Below are positions 24,851-37,350 of a stretch of DNA of 64,000 nt, one piece after another. The notes beneath the pieces are model-generated. The model did no database searches. It saw only the letters and a list, made by a program, of their open reading frames with translations, and was not told where the DNA came from. Location: NCBI GenBank assembly GCA_002269645.1, contig NIVC01000080.1:1-64000 (forward strand), in the 5' to 3' direction. The translations under genes and the position numbers were made by a program. Within the stretch, counting starts at the first letter, position 1; the number at the start of each line of letters is the position of its first letter. The DNA comes from Macrostomum lignano. Lineage: Eukaryota.

Positions 24851-26556
24851 TCATGTAGCTTGCTTCACACGGCAGCCACTTTCCACCTCCTGGTGTATTG
24901 AGTTCACGATCTCTCAGCGTCTCTTGGTCTTAGCCTTCGGCCCACTCTACGCATCTTGCCAAGTGGATTGAGCCATAGACACAAACTCAGCTCGTGTATG
25001 CAAAGTGTATATAGGCATCACTGATGTGTACTTCAGTTCCCATGTGACCCATCGCATTCCTTAACGTCACCTTGCGCCAGAGACACTAGATGTTGCTGGG
25101 CCACTGTCTGAGAAGCCAACGATCAGTACCCACTGGCGCTGACTCTCCTGCATCAGCCAAACTGCCGGCTGAGCTGTGCTGGCCTAGGGACAAATGTTAC
25201 TCAGTCCAAAACTTTTGATGCTGACCTGTAGGCCCTCGGACTCAAACCCCAGTCCCGTTGAGACCTGTCCCTCCAGTCTGTATTGCGAGCGTGTGCATGC
25301 AAGGGCCGTGCCCTCTGCGTAGTTATCTATATGCGTGTTTGTTGGTCAACGTATTTTGCTCTGAGTGAAAATATAGACAGGGAATGTATGCGCATGTAAT
25401 TAAAAACACAAACAGCATAGGCGCATCAAAAAGTAGATAGTTACTCCTATTATGAATCAAATTTGCATGTTGCATTGTGAAGTTTATAATTCGAGCATTC
25501 ATCCTATGCACTTCGCGCTCAAGGCAAGTTTACAAAGACATGGCACTCAACTAGCATTAATGGGTCAGAGAGGCAAATGGGTCAGACAACCTGTCTGACA
25601 AACGTAATTACTAATAAATATTAATGGACTCAGTGGACTTAGAGGAAAGTGTCACGAATTATTTTGCTCATTAATGAATCGGCTGTATTCTTAAGATATA
25701 TTTTCGTGAAAATGTGCTACTGTACTCAAAAAGTGTTTTATGCATAGCTGTAGGTAATATTTGGCAACAAAAATTGAAGACCCCAGCGTAATAGTTCACA
25801 CTGACCGAGTAATACGAGTATTACACTCGCAGTTTGAATTTGAGTTCCTCGAAAGACAGTTAACAGCGGTGCAAAAGTAAATTTGAAGTAATAATTTACT
25901 TTAATTTTATATATGGATTCAGATCTATGTGTTGACAGAAAATTAATATTGCAAAGAAATCAACTTCCAACAGATAGTCCCGTCCCGTCCAGGCAAAATT
26001 TGAACAAGTTTTGATCACAAATTTTAGAGATGACTTGTACAGAAGCTTTTCTACTGAAAGTAGGACGATATGAATTTAACAGTAATTTCTTAAACACTAC
26101 TACTCTGTATGCTTCCACTGTCCTTCCAAATCCTTCCACTTACCTTTGATTATCAGTCTCACTTTACCTCAACTCATGTTTCTTTGTCTTTCACTTTCTA
26201 CCAGTATATAACGTTCAGTCCTAACTGATCGGCACGGTCTTCTAATTTCAATTTATATCAAATTACCTACGATACAGGGCAGCTTGTACACTGCTCAGAC
26301 TGTGGTGGGTCGCAACTCTTACCTTGTAGCTCAGAGCTGCTACTCTACAACAGCAGGTAGATAGGGTAGGAGGAGCTCATTCAACTTGCCACTCACTAAC
26401 AGTGACAAGCAGTCTACTCAGTTGCATAACCGCGGCCAACTATACTTGAATTTCAGCGTTAGCGCCTAACGCGCTAGATCACGTAGCTTGAGACCCCCTA
26501 AGATAGAGACCACCCGAATTTTTTTAAATCTGTCAATACTCAACTGCAAATAACTT

Positions 26557-29500
26557 CTAGCGCAAATCTGGCAAACTGACACAGCCTCCATCGCCTTCCT
26601 CAGCCAGCGGTTCAAGTCGAGATCTGCCGGCATCTCTGGCGTGAGCGGCGGCCTGCCCGATGCCTCCAGCCATGGACAGACTGGGCCCGCTAGCGTCATC
26701 AATCGATCGACGGACGACGTCTCTTAGAAACTGCTGTCGCATGGCCAAGTACAACTGAGTGTCATCTGGCTGACCAGGACCAAGGAACGACTGTAGTAGA
26801 GATTGCGTTACCTGTAGAGCACAGCAAGATATACAGCGAATAAAAACAGAAAAGTAGAAAAGGCATAATATACGCGAGCTCATTTATAGAGGCTGAGAAA
26901 AGACTTCTTGACTCACTTCATAAAGTAAGATTGATTGTCTGTGATTTCTTTGATACTGTGTGAATGTTTTTTTCGAAATGCAACTGTTTAGTTGGATTTT
27001 TAAGGCCGCTTTCATAAGAGCTGTTGTGATTTAAAAACTCAATGTACTTGCCCATACTGTAGCTCTCTCTCTCTCCCTCTGACAACTCTCCCCACCCCTT
27101 CCATGCTAGCAACTTATTGTGAGCTATTTTTATAAAGTACTTTACTTAATTTGGGTTCCACTGCACTAGACCTAATCAATTGATGAATGTATTATTAAAG
27201 TTGTTTATTTATCCAGCCTTTGTCTGCGGTTTTCTCACCCCTGATTATTATTATCCTTCCCCCTCCGTGCCCTCTCATAGGCTGTCGCTGTTATATGCAA
27301 TTCTTGTTTTCTACCCCCAGTCGCGTTCTGCGTGGCTGCAGCCAATCCCCGCTCGCTCGCTCTGCCCCACCCCGCCGTTTCTCTTACCCTGCAGCTTTTG
27401 CCCCACCCCATTTTGTACTGACTGATATTTATTGGCGCGCGCTCCTCCCCCCCCGCTATCCCCTCGTTCGCTTCTCCTTTGGCTCCTTCGCCGCTTCGTA
27501 ACAATCGTATTTCAACATAGACGCCAAGAGCGCCCAGTGAGCAACCTACGCCACCGTAAGTATCGTTCTGCTTTTGTTATTTGGGGCTCTAGCGCCATTA
27601 GGTCATCGTCACCAGGGCCTGTGCGTTCGCTGCGACCCTGGTTGCCGGCCTACTGCCTGCGCGTTTGTGCGACAGTGGGTTGGCAAGCAGCAGAACTAAG
27701 GCTGAGTTTCCCTGCTCGTACAGAGCGCGAGACGAAGCTGGCTGGTCCGTCTCGGGACACAACAGAGCGAAATTTCACAACGCCGAAAAATCTACATGGT
27801 CCGTCATAAGGCCGAAACTTTATAACACCAAATTTTCAAATCGTAGAAAACTTTGTATAATAAGGACCATGCAGAATCTTCAGCGTTGGGAAATTTTGGT
27901 CGTATGAAGTTTCGGCCTTGTGAAATATGATGTTTCGGTGTTGTAGAATTTCGGCCTTATGAAGCCCCCCCCCCTGATTTTTATGTTGTTAAACTGCCTA
28001 GATAGTTCACACTCTAAAAAGTGACCAAATGCAAAAGTCTTTGGGCCAAATGCATAGAGTTTTTGAAGGTGTTTTCTCGGTTAAAACAGCTTACATACTA
28101 GCTCTAACCTCTGTCTCAAATGCGTCAAATGAAAGCAGTTTTAATATTTACATTGTATTATTCACTTAGATACTGTGTACGGTATACACTAATATACTTG
28201 TACCTTTGGAACAGCAAACATTGGCGCTGCGTTGGCCGGAGGGATCTGACCAGTCCGCAATGTCGACTGAGAATTGGGCGCAGGTGTGACACCGCTGCCG
28301 CCGCCTCCACCACCGCCACCGCTACCGCGACCGATTCCTCTTCTTTTGGAACGTGTCGAAGCTTGCTCGGTCCAAGTTTCTTTCTGCTGCTGCTGAATCG
28401 ACGTTCCGATAATGGGAATTGAAACGGGACGAGACGGTTGCTGCGTTTTTTGCTGAGGCTGTGGACTTTGCTGCTGATCATCTCCAGAGGTTTCTGTTTT
28501 TGTGTGAGTCGGCATGGCCAATCTGAAAGTTAAAGAGAAAAGTGGAATTTTAAGCATGACTGCAGCCACTTAGATTAGAATTTTATGGATATCAAAAATA
28601 AACAGTCGATATTTTCGCTCTGTCTGTTTCTGCATGTTATAATCGTATTTAAACATACACTGGTCAAACAGACTTATGAAGCAAAAGATTCCGAGTGAGC
28701 TTCTGAAATATTTGACTTAGCTAGCATCTGAACAAAAGCGCTACTTTAACTACATAGCAGTGCAATAGTTAGTGTTGTGACCGAAATAAAAAGCAAGAAG
28801 GAAATTATGCATAGTAAACGAGATTCAGTATGAAAATTTATTAGATAAGCTCGAAGAATTTTGTCGGATAGATTCGACTACCACTCGGTGCGAAAACCTA
28901 CAGCTGCAGCTGCTTCAGCTGCTCCTTCTGGGCCGACAGTTGAGCCGCTTCAACTAATAGCCGATCCAACGGCGCGGGAAGTTTTTGAAGCCTTGGCGGC
29001 TGCGGATGCTTTATCTTCGGCTCAGCTTGAGGCGAATTTCTCGAAGATGAAGATTTGAGCGAGTTCGGCGACTTGGCAGGAGTAATTCCTCGGCAGCGAA
29101 TCAGCTCACCATTAGGTGAGTCACTGGAGGGCGATTCGATTCGATGCTTCCGATGCTGCTCAGCAAGAATTCTAAGCCTTTCCAGACGGTTTTCATTCCC
29201 GACTTCTTGCAGTTGCTGCTCAGGTGTCTGCTGGGGAAGCTGCCTGGCCTTGGCCAGGTTTTCACTGCTGCTGCAAGTTTGTCATTATTGCCGGTGGGAC
29301 AGTTTTGAGTTGCAAACAAATTGACAATAAAACTGCAGGTTTGTCGATGCTATTGCGATTGGTTTGCGAGTGAAATGAGGGTTAAATTAGCCGGTAGCTG
29401 CGAGTATTCAGGTAGAGAAACGAATATTAGGGAGTCGCAGTGCCAGATGAAGCTAAGCATTTAAGCCGTTGCAACGAAAGGGTTAATTTTCTCTTTTATC

Positions 29501-31104
29501 TTTTCCTATACTTACAATTTTTTCACTTTTGAAACTATGTAGACAATGGGGCTAAACGTGTAAATTATCTTTCTTTTGACTTAAAAGCATCCTTTTTCTG
29601 ACAGTTTGAATCCACGGGGATCAGAACTAAAATAGTGGTTTTGTGTCTGCGCTTCTAGCAACATCGAAATATTGACTACAGTTCAGCTTACAAATAATAG
29701 TATCTCAATATCTTCTGAGGCCTGAAAATTCGTTGAAAATAATGCATGAAGTCGTGCTTTTACTCTTAAATTACGAGTTTGCAACAGAGAATTGATGACA
29801 CCACGGGCATCTACATATTTTTTTCTTAGCGCGTACTCTTATAAATGAACTGAATTTTCTACCTATCCGCCTGTTTCATAGATGTACATGTATGTATAGA
29901 AGCATTAACCAAAAAATACTGATAATGTATAGTACACCTGTACTAGCACCAAATTAGAATTTTTGTTTATGAGTGCAGCAATGCGTTTTCATCTAGAACG
30001 AGTTCGAGCACAGCTCTAACCACACAGCACTTGCTTTCTCGTCGAAAATTCTCCAGTCAAATATAATATTCCTTCTTAAATATCTAGCAACGACGTCCTG
30101 AAGACGTTCGCTAAGGAATGGATTTTGCCGCTGCACTTACCTTTGCCTCGAAGTCTGAAACCGCATAGCGTCAACATCCTCCTTTGTGACGAGTTGCGAC
30201 TCTGGAACTTCAATCATTGCAGCGGCTGATTGTTTCTGATGCTGCCCCGCTTTGCCAATTGGGCTCTCGGCCTCAACCGAATGGTTAGCTCTGAAGCAGC
30301 GAAAAATAAATCATTCGACTCTTCCCTTTCTATACTTCCTAAATCATTCGTTCAAATTTACCTGTTTTGAGCCCTTTGAGCAGCAGTATTGAGCAAGGCG
30401 AGTCGTTCCAAGACGCCTGTTTTCACTTGCTCGCCTCCGCCGAACACCTCTGCTCCAGGCGGCAGATCAGAATAGCCAGCTACCTGATTGCTGTTGTATC
30501 GTCTTTGCCGGGCGTTGCCACGGAAACCGGCGGTGCTAGAAGCGGCCGATTTTCGCCGACAGTAAGAGCAGACGGCAGTGTAATTAGCCAAGTAGTGCTC
30601 CGGCGGTGAGTCATTGAAGGGTACTCCCAGATGGTCCTGCTGATTGATGTTACTTAGCTGTTGTTGTTGTTGTTGCTGCTGCTGCTGGGCTTGTTGCTTC
30701 TTACTAGTCCTGGCAAGACGCACCGCCACCAGCCGCAAGAAGCGTCGCTGATCCGGCGACTCCGGTCCCGCCTCCGGCAGACTCTGCAGTTCTCGTATAG
30801 TCCTGGTGCCCAGCCGGTTATGGTAGCTTTTCGTGAGACGGATTAGCGTCCCCACAGCGGCGCCGCCCAATTCATGAGAAGCATCGGCTCCAGCGGAGGC
30901 GTCTTTGAAGTCGAGACAACGCTCGAAAAACTGGCTGTATTTTGTCGGCGGCTCAGACGCGCACTTTAACACCGGAGCGGCTGCTTCCGCTGCGGCTATT
31001 TTGGCGCGGCGCGCTTCCAACAAATCGATTGGCACCTCCACCTTTGGCGGCCTCAGCCGGGGAAAATCCGGCGGCAGTGACAAGGCCATGGAGAACAGGC
31101 TCAT
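26557..31104 (-). CDS. Uncharacterised Q-rich multi-exon protein
   Basis: Exons 31104(ATG; the ORF extends upstream)-30362, 30290-30141, 29270-28902, 28522-28204 and 26811-26557 join in frame (phases 2,2,2,0) with GT-AG sites. Poly-Q and G/S-rich low complexity. No domain recognised. Confidence 0.7.
27755..27972. mobile_element. Foldback MITE-like element
   Basis: Repeated GCCGAAA motifs in the left half mirror TTTCGGC motifs in the right half (CATAAGGCCGAAA versus TTTCGGCCTTATG). No TSD resolved. Confidence 0.5.
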
Positions 31105-32963
31105 ATTAAGCCGGGTGAGAAGCTTCTCTATAGCTTGCAATTATCGATGCAGATATGCGAAACTGAGCGCTAAGTGTGCCGTAAATCCGGCACCCACTTT
31201 CTACTCGCTCAATGCTTGCATAGATTGTTTTTGAAAAAGGCAGCCCTAATAAAAGTTTAATAGCGAAATTCAGCTTGGTTGGGTTGGAGAGAGAGAGCCG
31301 CAACTATATCGACCGAGATGGAGCGAAAGTGTGCCCCTTCTCAATGCAACTCTACAGCTCCAATAGTCTCTCAACTCTCTCTTGTCCAGCATGCGTGTCT
31401 TGTACTCACGACTACTCTTGACTCGGGACCACTAAAAACAGTTGGTCAGGGGAGGGGGTTTGCCTACCGTGCTGCAACTTGGAGGACAAAAACCTAGCTA
31501 TTCAATCGGCTACAGAGGATTGCTGCATTGTATAAGTGGACCAGCCAATGAGAGGCCACTGAAGTATTGGAATTAGGAAGTAGAGAGACACAGTCTCCCC
31601 TGTTTCTCTTTCTCCCAATCTCCCAGTCTGTCAGCATAGAGTGGAGCTAGCATCTGCGCATGCCTATATGCTCTCTGCTAAAAAATTCACCGGGACCGTT
31701 CAGCGTGGTCAGAAGTGTTTCTACTAGTAACTCTGTTGGAAAGAGAAACACGAGAGGCTGGGAGAAAGAGTGGGGGTAAAAAACCAAGAGAAGGGGTAGA
31801 GTGTCAGTTGCCATGGGACAGTGCAGGAAGCCGAGAGGCAGCGCAGGAATCGCAGGGTTCTGTAGGCATTTGGCGCCATGGGGGACTTTACAGTAGGAGA
31901 AATTACTTTAGCATACTAGTATATGATGGATGCTTTGTTGCGGAGGACAATACTGAGAAACAGGCAGTGCGATGAGAGAGAGGCAGAGAAAGGAATGCCG
32001 TAGTTTAAAAGCACTATACTTTGCTCTTCATGAAAGCTATTAAAAGCAGTGTGATGAATCTTTACGTAGTCAGAGACAATTTATTAAATTTTCCAAGAGT
32101 TTTACAATAAAGAAAGCTAACTAAAGTGCGTTAACTGGTACGAGTGTATAATAAAATGTCTGGAAAAATCACGAGTAGGAACTCTTCGTTACGACTTGTT
32201 AATCATTTTCTGGCAAATTTCTATTTTTCTTGAGTGCTTTCTTCATTTGTTGAAAAATAGTTTTTTCTGTCAAAAAACAACCCTCAATAAAATCTGAGTG
32301 GGTGGGCAGCAGCGTTGAGTCGCCATAGGCTCTCAGGTCCCACAGAAGACAGTTTCTTTAACTATGGAATCTTTCCATTTTTCAAGAAGGACTTTCCATT
32401 TTTCCTCGTCCCAAAAGCGGTATGAGTTTATATTTTTTCGCCAATAAAATTGGATTTTTGTAGTTAATAAGTCGAATTATTTTAAGAGAATAATTTCAAC
32501 AACACAACTAGCTCGGTGGTATCGCGTTCGATTCTTAAGCTAAAGTGACGGCCATATTTTGAAGCTTGCATTCGAAAATTGTCCTGTGACTTGTCGAGTG
32601 ATTCACATTCACCAAGGCAATCCACCAGGTTCAGCACACCCTGTGTGAGCGTGTGCCTGCGTACGTAACTGTTTAACTGCCAGTCTCCTCGATAGCTGCG
32701 GGTGGACTTGTCCACTCGATTTGCGGCAGTGCCCAAGGCCTACTGGGAACTATCTGACTAAAAAATTTTGGAATTTGAACACCTCGCTTAGATATTTGCA
32801 ACATCAAGCTTTGTTGCTTAAACGAAATGTTTAGTATAATCTTGAGATATTTTGTGTTTGTTAGCGTAAGTTTTTTGAAACAAAGAAGAGTTCACGTTTA
32901 ATACCAGGCCAAATTTTAGCCCCATACGGATTAAAATCACCCGTCGAAAAAAGCGGGTGGAAT

Positions 32964-34095
32964 TCAATCCTGTTGGTGGCATTCTGTCCTGCATCGGCCA
33001 AGGCGCGACCTGTAGTCGGCCGCCCGTCTCAGCAGATACTCGTACTGCACTTGCATTGCACTTTTGTAGCGATTTCCGCGAGACGGACTGTCAACATACT
33101 TGCTAGAAAAGTTGTTTAGCCGTTTTTCTTGTCGCTTCACCCAGCGCAGCAGCCGCCTCAAGATGGCATATTTGTACTTGATGTCCCGACACACTGAAAG
33201 TATTTGGGTAGCCTTTACAACTTAAATAGTTCGGTCTACGAGTATGAGAGGCTCACACAGAAATTTTTTCAGCATCAGAGGAAGGCAAATTGAGCTTTGG
33301 AATGGAGAAGGAAGTAAAGCTAAGGATTAAAAATTGACGATTACCAGTCGACTAGAGGCACTGGAGACACATACAGATCCCTCCTTGGGACTTTCAGGGC
33401 ATGAAGGGTTGATTTAATAACAACTCAAGACCATAGAATGCCACCAAAAGTTCGCACAGAATCTCAAGTTCCGCAATCGTACAGAACTGCAAGTTGCTAT
33501 CTCATAATTTTTTGTCTTTAAATATTTGACTGAGGATCCTATAGCGTTCGTCTGACATTCAATGACATGTACTTAGACTCTTACTGTACCTCTGTACTTC
33601 TGCACAAGCACATCATGATGTCTGCTTTAAGCTCCTTCCATCAAACCATTTGCCTCAAAAGCCCATTATATCCGCCTGGGAGCCCGAAGAAGGGGCCTAG
33701 ATGGAATGCCTCGGTGTCTCTAGTCGACTGGTCCAGTCAGCTATCAATTAAAAACGTTTTGGTCCGGAGCTTTGCTTCGAGCTCCCATTCCAGAGCTCAA
33801 ATTCACATCCTTCATTTACTTTTTTCCTTCAGACTGAGTCAGACTGTCTTGTGCTTCCAACACAATCAGCCGCGAACAATTTTTTAGTTACATATATTCA
33901 GAAACTCACGCTTGAAGCACTTGAAACATTTCCGACTTTTTGTCTTCAATCGAAGCAGCAGCGACCACAGTGAACGAACCTCTCGACTGTGATAGCGATG
34001 GCGCCAACCAGACGAGCGAGATATCAGCTTCCGATGCCGAATGAACGATCGGATGAGACGTCGAGCTTTTTGAATTGCGCTGCGACAATCGCTGT
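32964..34095 (-). CDS. Two putative exons of an unknown basic, helical protein
   Basis: Exon 34095-33910 (acceptor TGCAG, donor GTGAGT, phase 1) joins exon 33193-32964 (acceptor TTTCAG) in frame. Upstream exon not identified. Confidence 0.4.
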
Positions 34096-35584
34096 CTGCA
34101 CATTTAAAGTTCAGGTGCAAGCAACGATGGACAGCATATCAAATCAAACCATAGGGGCAAAATTTTACTTGAGCTAACTGCCTGCTCCAAATTACTAGTA
34201 CATATTTAACTTAATTGAAGGTCGAATAAATCATATTATGTTATTCCTTACAGGCTGAAAAGTAAAAAACATCCCTTACCGTGCTTTTTTGCTAACCCAG
34301 GCCTGATCAAGATCACCAATATTGTCACTACTATCAGAAGCAAAAGTAGAAATCTGTTAAAAGACGGCATTTTCCAAAAAGTGCGCTTAAATCTTTGATA
34401 CTTGAAGCATTATCATATCGCAGGGCTATCTTTAAACGATCCTAAAGCAGGAGTTTTTAAGCAGGTGTTATTAAAAAGGATTTTATTCCTTATCAACTTC
34501 TGACTTTTTCATGAAAAATTTCAAAGAATTATCACGTTCCTTGGTTCTAAACCAAATCTGTGACAAAAGTCAAATGCACCTGTTATCATGATATCGAGCT
34601 GTTTAGTTATTGATCTTTTTTAGAAACAACGAAGGAACAAAGTTCTATTGCTTGTAACAAAACTGAAAGCAAATCGAAACTACAAGCAATACCTTTTTGC
34701 AATCAATTTCATCATACTTGCAATCGATTTTGACAGATTAAAGTTAATTAATTCACATCTGCGAGTTGAAAGTCCGAGACTAAATTAAATGGTGACGAGG
34801 CGAGCGAACGGATGTATGAATATCATATATGACGCGAGGTTGCTTAATTTGTTTCCCATTTAAACCTCGCTAACTAATAGGGGTTGGTAATGATGTGGGG
34901 CCGAAGCCATTATGTTACACAGGACTGTTCATTCTTCAGCTGCTTTGAAAGTTTTATTGGCGCATCGACCAAAGTCGCGAGGCTTGCTTTGGACGCTCTG
35001 CAGGGCTTTTCTGCAGTTGCTAGACATTCTGTGGCGACGAGAATTGCTTCCGTCTCGGGCATCTGTTGATCAGTATGCTATCGCTCATTGCTACCAAGCT
35101 TTGAAAGCTACATTGTCTATCGATGGATTGCCTACTGACCGCGGTGGCCTTTGCGGCGAGTTTATTATTATCGAAGATGGCAGGTTGCAATTAATCTTTT
35201 AAATCTGCTAACTAAAAATTCTATACCTATTCTTGGTAGATAGCTATTGAGTATTCGAGCATCTGAATACTTTAGCTTTCGCTTCTTAACTTAGTAATGT
35301 TTTGGATCGGGGTCTCTTTAGCTCAGGTCCGCGAAGTACTTTTTAAGTATACGGTACAAAACTACATGGAATGTTAATTTATATAGGCCTTTTAAAATGT
35401 GCGATTTCTAATCTGCAGTTCAGAAGTTCTACACTTACGAGTGGATCCCCGTAAATCCTTACAAGCTCATGGCCTGATAAATAAGCAAGATTTTATGGAA
35501 AACACCCCGGCTAAACCACAGATACTAAATACACTCGGTGGTTCACTCAACTACGACTCACTCGCTCACTGACCCAGATTTCTA

Positions 35585-36233
35585 CGAGGGGCATCCCAAA
35601 AGTCCGTTCAGTATGTGCCCTTTTTTACCATAAACGATGAGTAAAGAGCTCAAACGCTCACGGTTATTTACTAGAGCAACCCCTCTTTAACTTTATAAAA
35701 TTTTGAGCTTATATATCGAATATTCGAAGTGTTATAATAAATTAACCAGTGCACAAGTTCACCGGCAACTTGTTGAAGCATTCAAAGACCGTGCCTTTAC
35801 TGAGCGATCTGTGTACAATTGGTATGTGCGCTTCAGAGATGGGCAATTCGGGGATGGCCAGCGATCAGGACGGCCAAGGGAGTCTCGATCAGATGCCAAC
35901 ATTGAGCTGGTGAAGGGCATCCTCGAAATCGATCGTCGGTTATTCTCCCGACCTGAGCCCTTGTGACTTCGATCTCTTTCCAAAGCTAAAAAAATCAGCT
36001 ACGAGGCCACCGCTACTACTGCCTGGACGAACTCTTCAGCATAATCGTCCAAATCCTTCAACACCTGTGTGATTCTGGTGCTACTGATGGAGTCAAGAAA
36101 CTACCAGAGCGCTGGCAGCGTGTGATTGCGGCCGATGGAAGTTATTTTGAAGGCCTATGAAGTTTTTATACTTTCCTGTTGCACCGTTTCGTTTTTATGC
36201 GGTGACTGAACGGACTTTTGGGATGCCCACTAG
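35585..36233 (+). mobile_element. Internally deleted (non-autonomous) mariner element, 649 bp
   Basis: TA flanks at 35583-84 and 36234-35. ~28-bp TIR sharing GGGCATCCCAAAAGTCCGTTCAGT. HTH region VYNWYVRFRDG..RSGRP is fused directly to YSPDLSPCDFDLFPKLK..KLPERWQRVI, so the catalytic core is deleted. Confidence 0.92.
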
Positions 36234-37350
36234 TACTTTACACTAATACGGCGCAAAAGCAAATAACTAATGAAACTGTTGAAATCTAAAGCAATTATTG
36301 CACGATGCATTATCAATAAGTTGGCCAAAAAATGCACGAATAAATTAAGTCCACTAAATACGAAAAACACAAGGTATTTCTGCAGAAAATATTCACACAC
36401 AGGTGCTCAACCATTCTAGTGTTCATATTGTCCTCTCTAATTCATCCGCTCGACTTAGCTGTACTTGTTTCAACTTCAACTTCAACTTCAAATTTCAACT
36501 TCGGTTTTGGCAAGAGTGCGTTCATTTTTAGCAGATTAGCCAAATCTAGCGGTCAGCCACTAAATGCCTATGGCAGAAACTGCAAACAGCCAAATATAAG
36601 CCAAGTCATATAAGCCATAAGCCAAAAGCCTTATTATAGGCAATATAAAGCCAAAAGCTGAGCCCGTTTCTCACCCTGAATTCTGCCGTCAAGCAATTTT
36701 GCCCAGGCCGAAACTCCCATTTTCTTCGTAAGGTTATAGAAAACATTGAAAATGACTTTCAAAAAATGATTTCCGCTCTATTTTATTTGGAAGCATTCAA
36801 TAGTATCCCGTAAAATCTTTATGCCTATGTTTTATATGAGATGAAACGTGCCTTTTGAGGGAGCGATTTGTATGTAATCCACTTTTCCTGTGCGCCTCGT
36901 CTATTCCCCCAGTGTTAAATGAGCGGTGATAATCAGTAGCGTAACTCTGCTACCATAGACAAACCAACGAGATGGATAGACATGGATAGCGGAGATAACC
37001 CATCATCACCGCCGGAGTCGCACATGCCGTGGATTACATACAAAGAATCGCCTGATACTAGGAGATGAGCCAGGGCCGAAAAAGAATATTTTATCTACTA
37101 CATGAAGCTTCGTCTTGCAGTAGGAGAAAGTATCCTAGTCTTGCAAGTGGACTTAGTTAATGATTTAATGATTCAATTTTGGCCACAGACATTATTGCTT
37201 GGCTTAGAAGTGAGAAAGGGCTTTTGCTGAAAAAGATTTTTGCTGATAGCTCAATTTTATCTATACATGACATAAATTAAGTGGATAGCTTAGTTATTCA
37301 TTAAAAAGCTCGTCTAATAAACTCTCTTCAGCATACAATTTGATTTCAAG

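Noticed and set aside
24880-25320. Degenerate SINE/LINE-like segment with GGTTTGAGTCC on the minus strand and a 13-bp match to 17993-18005
   Set aside because: It is too decayed to assign. There is no clear A-box, tail or TSD.
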